Below are positions 60,689 through 64,000 of a stretch of 64,000 bases of DNA, piece after piece. A program made the position numbers and the translations under genes. Below the pieces are notes generated by a model that saw only the letters and a list, made by a program, of their open reading frames with translations, was not told the DNA's origin and made no database searches. Positions within the stretch are counted from its first letter, which is position 1. Each line of letters opens with the position of its first letter. Source of the DNA: an uncultured Verrucomicrobiae bacterium (lineage in GTDB: Bacteria; Verrucomicrobiota; Verrucomicrobiia; Chthoniobacterales; UBA10450); the NCBI GenBank assembly GCA_963828355.1, contig CAWHFD010000012.1, forward strand, positions 28,935 through 92,934, read 5' to 3'.

Positions 60689-62320
60689 TTAAACTTGAAT
60701 CACGCCGGTATGGAAATGCGCTTTGGGCGTTGGGCGCGAGACGTATTCCAGCAAACGAATCAGCACGTCGCGGGTTTCGTGCGGTTGAATGATGGCATCG
60801 ACCCAGCCGCGAGCCGCCCCGTAGCGTATATCGGTCTGTTCTTCGTAACTTTGTTTCACTTTCTCGCGAAGCTTCTCCAGTTCCTCAGGCGGCGCTTTCT
60901 TGTCGCCTCGCTCGCGCGCTTTGGCGAGAATGGAAAATACCGTATCCGACGCCTGCGCGGCACCCATGACGGCGTAACGCGCCGTCGGCCACGCAACGAT
61001 AAAGCGAGGGTCATATGCTTTGCCGCACATGGCGTAATTGCCTGCGCCAAACGATCCGCCCACGATCACTGTGATCTTAGGCACGACTGAATTGCTGACT
61101 GCGTTCACCAGCTTCGCGCCGCTGCGAATGATCCCGCTCTCTTCCGCGTCGAGCCCGACCATGAACCCGCTAACGTCCTGGAAAAAGATGATCGGCAGAT
61201 TCGTCTGATTACAATCCATCACAAACCGCGCCGCCTTATCGGCGCTGGTAGCGTAAATGACCCCGCCCATCTGTATTCCTTCCTTTTTGGTCCGGACCTG
61301 CACGCGCTGGTTGGCAACAATTCCCACGGCCCGCCCATTGATCCGCGCATAGGCGGTCACGATCGTTTTACCGTAATCGGCCTTGTATTCATCCAACGAG
61401 TCTGCGTCAACGATTGTGGCCAACACGTCGCGCGCATCATAATTTTTGCGGCCCTCAAAGCTGATCAGATCGTAAACACTGTCTGGATTTTTCGCGGGCT
61501 TCGACGTTTGTGACCCCGGTGCGCCCAGCGGTCGCCCCTTGTCACTCGCCTCTGGCAGCAGCGCCACCAGCGAGCGCAGACGCTTGAGGCATGACCGATC
61601 GTCTTTCTCAAAAAAGTCGACTGTCCCGCTGATCTCCGAATGCATTCGCGCGCCGCCCAGTTCTTCTGCATCGACAATCTGACCAATGGCCGCTTTCACC
61701 AGTGAGGGCCCGGCGAGATAAAGACCGCTTCCCTGCGTCATCAAAATTTTGTCGCACAAGACCGGGAGATACGCGCCGCCGGCCACGCAGTTGCCCATGA
61801 TCGCGGCAAACTGCGGAACTCCGGCCGCTGAAATCACCGAGTTATTGCGAAAGATCCGGCCGAAATCGTCTTCATCCGGAAAAATTTCATCCTGCATCGG
61901 CAGGAATACGCCCGCCGAATCGACAAGGTAAATGAGTGGCAGCGCACACTCGAATCCGATCCGCTGCGCGCGAATGACCTTCTTTGTCGTCTGCGGAAAA
62001 AACGCGCCGGCCTTCACCGTTGCGTCGTTCGCGACGATCATGCATGGAACGCCTTCGACGTTGCCGATGCCAGCCACGACTCCGGCAGCGGGAATTTTTC
62101 CCCATTGCTCGTACATTTTGTATGCGGCCCAGAGCCCGATCTCGAAAAACGGCGAATCCTTATCGAGTAAATGGCGGAGCCGCTCGCGCACTGGCAAGCG
62201 TTTCATCTTGAGCTGGCGTTCATGGCCGGCCTTGCCGCCGCCTTCGCGCAGCATAGCTTCCTCCTGCGAAATCGCCGCGCAATGCGCGCGCAACACTTCA
62301 CTCATGTTCGATCGAGACAT
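60689..62320 (-). CDS. acyl-CoA carboxylase carboxyltransferase subunit (3-methylcrotonyl-CoA carboxylase beta-like)
   Basis: 543 aa with two carboxyltransferase halves and the N-terminal pattern ...GGGKAGHERQLKMKRLPVRERLRHLLD. The leucine-catabolism context is an inference. Confidence 0.85.
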   Translation of the reverse strand: MSRSNMSEVLRAHCAAISQEEAMLREGGGKAGHERQLKMKRLPVRERLRHLLDKDSPFFEIGLWAAYKMYEQWGKIPAAGVVAGIGNVEGVPCMIVANDATVKAGAFFPQTTKKVIRAQRIGFECALPLIYLVDSAGVFLPMQDEIFPDEDDFGRIFRNNSVISAAGVPQFAAIMGNCVAGGAYLPVLCDKILMTQGSGLYLAGPSLVKAAIGQIVDAEELGGARMHSEISGTVDFFEKDDRSCLKRLRSLVALLPEASDKGRPLGAPGSQTSKPAKNPDSVYDLISFEGRKNYDARDVLATIVDADSLDEYKADYGKTIVTAYARINGRAVGIVANQRVQVRTKKEGIQMGGVIYATSADKAARFVMDCNQTNLPIIFFQDVSGFMVGLDAEESGIIRSGAKLVNAVSNSVVPKITVIVGGSFGAGNYAMCGKAYDPRFIVAWPTARYAVMGAAQASDTVFSILAKARERGDKKAPPEELEKLREKVKQSYEEQTDIRYGAARGWVDAIIQPHETRDVLIRLLEYVSRPTPKAHFHTGVIQV

Positions 62321-62540
62321 ATACCAGAGCCACGCTTAATCTGCGAAACTGACCGAATCAAGCCGACAGAATCCCGAGCTACAACTACGCCACAGGGGAC
62401 ACAGAGGTTTGAACAAAATGAACAAAATTTTAGAATCGCGGAAATGAGCCTTCCGAGATTAGAGGTCGCCACGGACGTTTCCATTTCTTATCTCCTTTGG
62501 AGACGAAATTTGGAAGAAAACTTTTCATAACGCTTAGGGC

Positions 62541-64000
62541 ATGAGTTCGCCTGATAATTCAGTCGCGTTCGGCGCTCCGGGAATCCAACCCCGCTGGACT
62601 TCAAGCGCCAAAGAAGGCGTAGGCACGGCCTATCACACCAGTTGCCGTGTCTGGTTCACGCTGAGCCACGGTATCATTAACGAAATTTATTATCCGCACG
62701 TTGATCGACCGAACACGCGGGATTTTCAGTTTCTCATCAGCGACGGCGAGACATTTTGCCACGAAGAAAAGCGCGATCTCGATCACGCGATCGACTATCC
62801 GGAGCGCGACTGCCTGTTTTATCGTATCACGAACTCGGAGCCGGGCGGCCGCTACCGTCTGGTAAAACATGTGCTGACGGACCCGCACCGGTCGGTCTTG
62901 CTCGTGCACACAAACCTCGAGGTGCTGGACGAATCGCTCCGCGGCAAGTTGCAACTCTACGCGCTGTTGGCGCCGCACCTGGCTGGTTTTGGCGCCGGCA
63001 ACTCAGGATGGTGTTCTGAAATCGGCGATAACAAATTGCTCCACGCGCAGCGGCAGAACGTGCATCTGCTTATGACATGCAGCAGCGGTTTCCTTCGGCG
63101 CTCGGCAGGATATGTCGGTTTTAGCGATGGTTGGCAGGACCTGATGCACGATTTCAAAATGGATTGGGAATTTCGAGCAGCTGAGAACGGTAACATCGCG
63201 TTGACAGGCGAAATCGATTTGCCGGACAGCGGTGAATTTACGGTCGCCGTTGCGTTTGGCCGGACCTATCAGAGTGCGGCTACGAAGTTGTTCCAGTCGT
63301 TGGCGGAGCCGTTTCAGTCAAAGCGCGAAGGTTACATTCGTCAGTGGCAACGCGCGGTCGTGCATTCCGAATTCGATTTTAGCAGCGATACGTGCGACGA
63401 CGGCGGAATGTCCCGGCTGAGCCGCTGCGTACTGCTCACGCACGAGGACAAAGTTTTCCAAGGCGCAATGGTTGCTTCAATGAGCATTCCCTGGGGCGAA
63501 ACCAAGGGGGATCAAGACCTGGGGGGGTATCATCTCGTCTGGACGCGCGACCTCGTGCAGAGTGCGAGCGCGCTGCTCGCCACGGGTCAGACCGGCACGC
63601 CACTACGCGCATTGGTCTGGCTAGCAGCGATTCAACGATCAGACGGCAGTTTTCCACAAAACAGCTGGATCGATGGGACGGCATACTGGTCTGGGCTTCA
63701 GCTTGATCAAGTTGCACTTCCGATATTGCTGGCGTGGCGTTTGCATCAGCAGAATGCGCTCGGTCTGTTCCGCCCCCGCGTGATGGTCGTGCGCGCCGCT
63801 GCCCGTTTGATCCTTCAGGGTCCGGTGACTGCGCAGGACCGCTGGGAAGAAAATGCCGGCTATTCACCTTCGACAATCGCGGTGGTTATTGCCGCCCTCG
63901 CCTGTGCCGCGGAGTGGGGCGAAGAATTCGGCAATAAGGAGGCTACCGATTTTGTTCTCGCATACGCCGACTGGCTAGCGGCTCACGTTGAAGAATGGAC
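62541..64000 (+). CDS. GH15 glucoamylase/glucodextranase-like glycoside hydrolase (3'-truncated by the window edge)
   Basis: My own translation from ATG 62541 is open to the end of the window: MSSPDNSVAFGAPGIQPRWTSSAKEGVGTAY...YHLVWTRDL...QDRWEENAGYSPSTIA (GH15 catalytic-Glu motif). It is absent from the ORF track because no stop lies inside the window. Confidence 0.85.
   Translation, partial: MSSPDNSVAFGAPGIQPRWTSSAKEGVGTAYHTSCRVWFTLSHGIINEIYYPHVDRPNTRDFQFLISDGETFCHEEKRDLDHAIDYPERDCLFYRITNSEPGGRYRLVKHVLTDPHRSVLLVHTNLEVLDESLRGKLQLYALLAPHLAGFGAGNSGWCSEIGDNKLLHAQRQNVHLLMTCSSGFLRRSAGYVGFSDGWQDLMHDFKMDWEFRAAENGNIALTGEIDLPDSGEFTVAVAFGRTYQSAATKLFQSLAEPFQSKREGYIRQWQRAVVHSEFDFSSDTCDDGGMSRLSRCVLLTHEDKVFQGAMVASMSIPWGETKGDQDLGGYHLVWTRDLVQSASALLATGQTGTPLRALVWLAAIQRSDGSFPQNSWIDGTAYWSGLQLDQVALPILLAWRLHQQNALGLFRPRVMVVRAAARLILQGPVTAQDRWEENAGYSPSTIAVVIAALACAAEWGEEFGNKEATDFVLAYADWLAAHVEEW

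Overview
This is a 64-kb stretch of bacterial chromosome, GC in the mid-50s % by eye. I count about 58 credible protein-coding genes, one tRNA-Pro(UGG), one clear intrinsic terminator, several TGTAGGG/CCCTACA-type palindromic intergenic repeats and one truncated IS3-family remnant. I saw no rRNA, CRISPR array, cas genes, integrase, reverse transcriptase or phage structural genes.

Most of the window is ordinary core or metabolic DNA:
- tlyA-nadK, a CPBP protease, comF-accD-folC and a divergent GNAT/MocR pair
- an ArsR-DUF899-SRPBCC-SRPBCC-SnoaL cluster
- a 2-hydroxyacid dehydrogenase, a HAD hydrolase, a HisKA_2 kinase with a receiver, and a rhomboid protease
- an MFS sugar porter, an OYE flavoenzyme, an NHL propeller and an M28 peptidase
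- an RND adaptor plus pump, an aminotransferase, methyltransferases and a GH13 amylase
- a cNMP-binding TrxR-like protein paired with a zf-UBP protein, and a NarL-type regulator
- metH, an amidase, and an MCCase-beta-like carboxyltransferase with an enoyl-CoA hydratase
- a GH15 glucoamylase ORF that runs off the right edge and is therefore missing from the ORF track

Gene content and repeat style suggest a soil Verrucomicrobiota/Acidobacteriota-like organism; this is inference only.

The most unusual locus lies at 36.9-40.6 kb. A polytopic membrane protein with an unassignable central soluble domain may overlap a membrane-anchored protein carrying seven near-identical 108-bp Sel1 repeat units. 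The pair is bracketed by a decayed kinase-like fragment and an IS3 remnant. I flag it as the best candidate for an undescribed membrane-associated two-gene system, but the function is pure hypothesis.

A second theme is frame disruption. At least five genes (TPR/TolB-N-like, APC permease, GH13 amylase twice, metH, DUF5684-like) are interrupted, and by my arithmetic every interruption has the same +1 sign. Two sit at homopolymers (A6, T7). These need read-level verification before being called pseudogenes.

All family names are recalled from motifs. No database search was possible.
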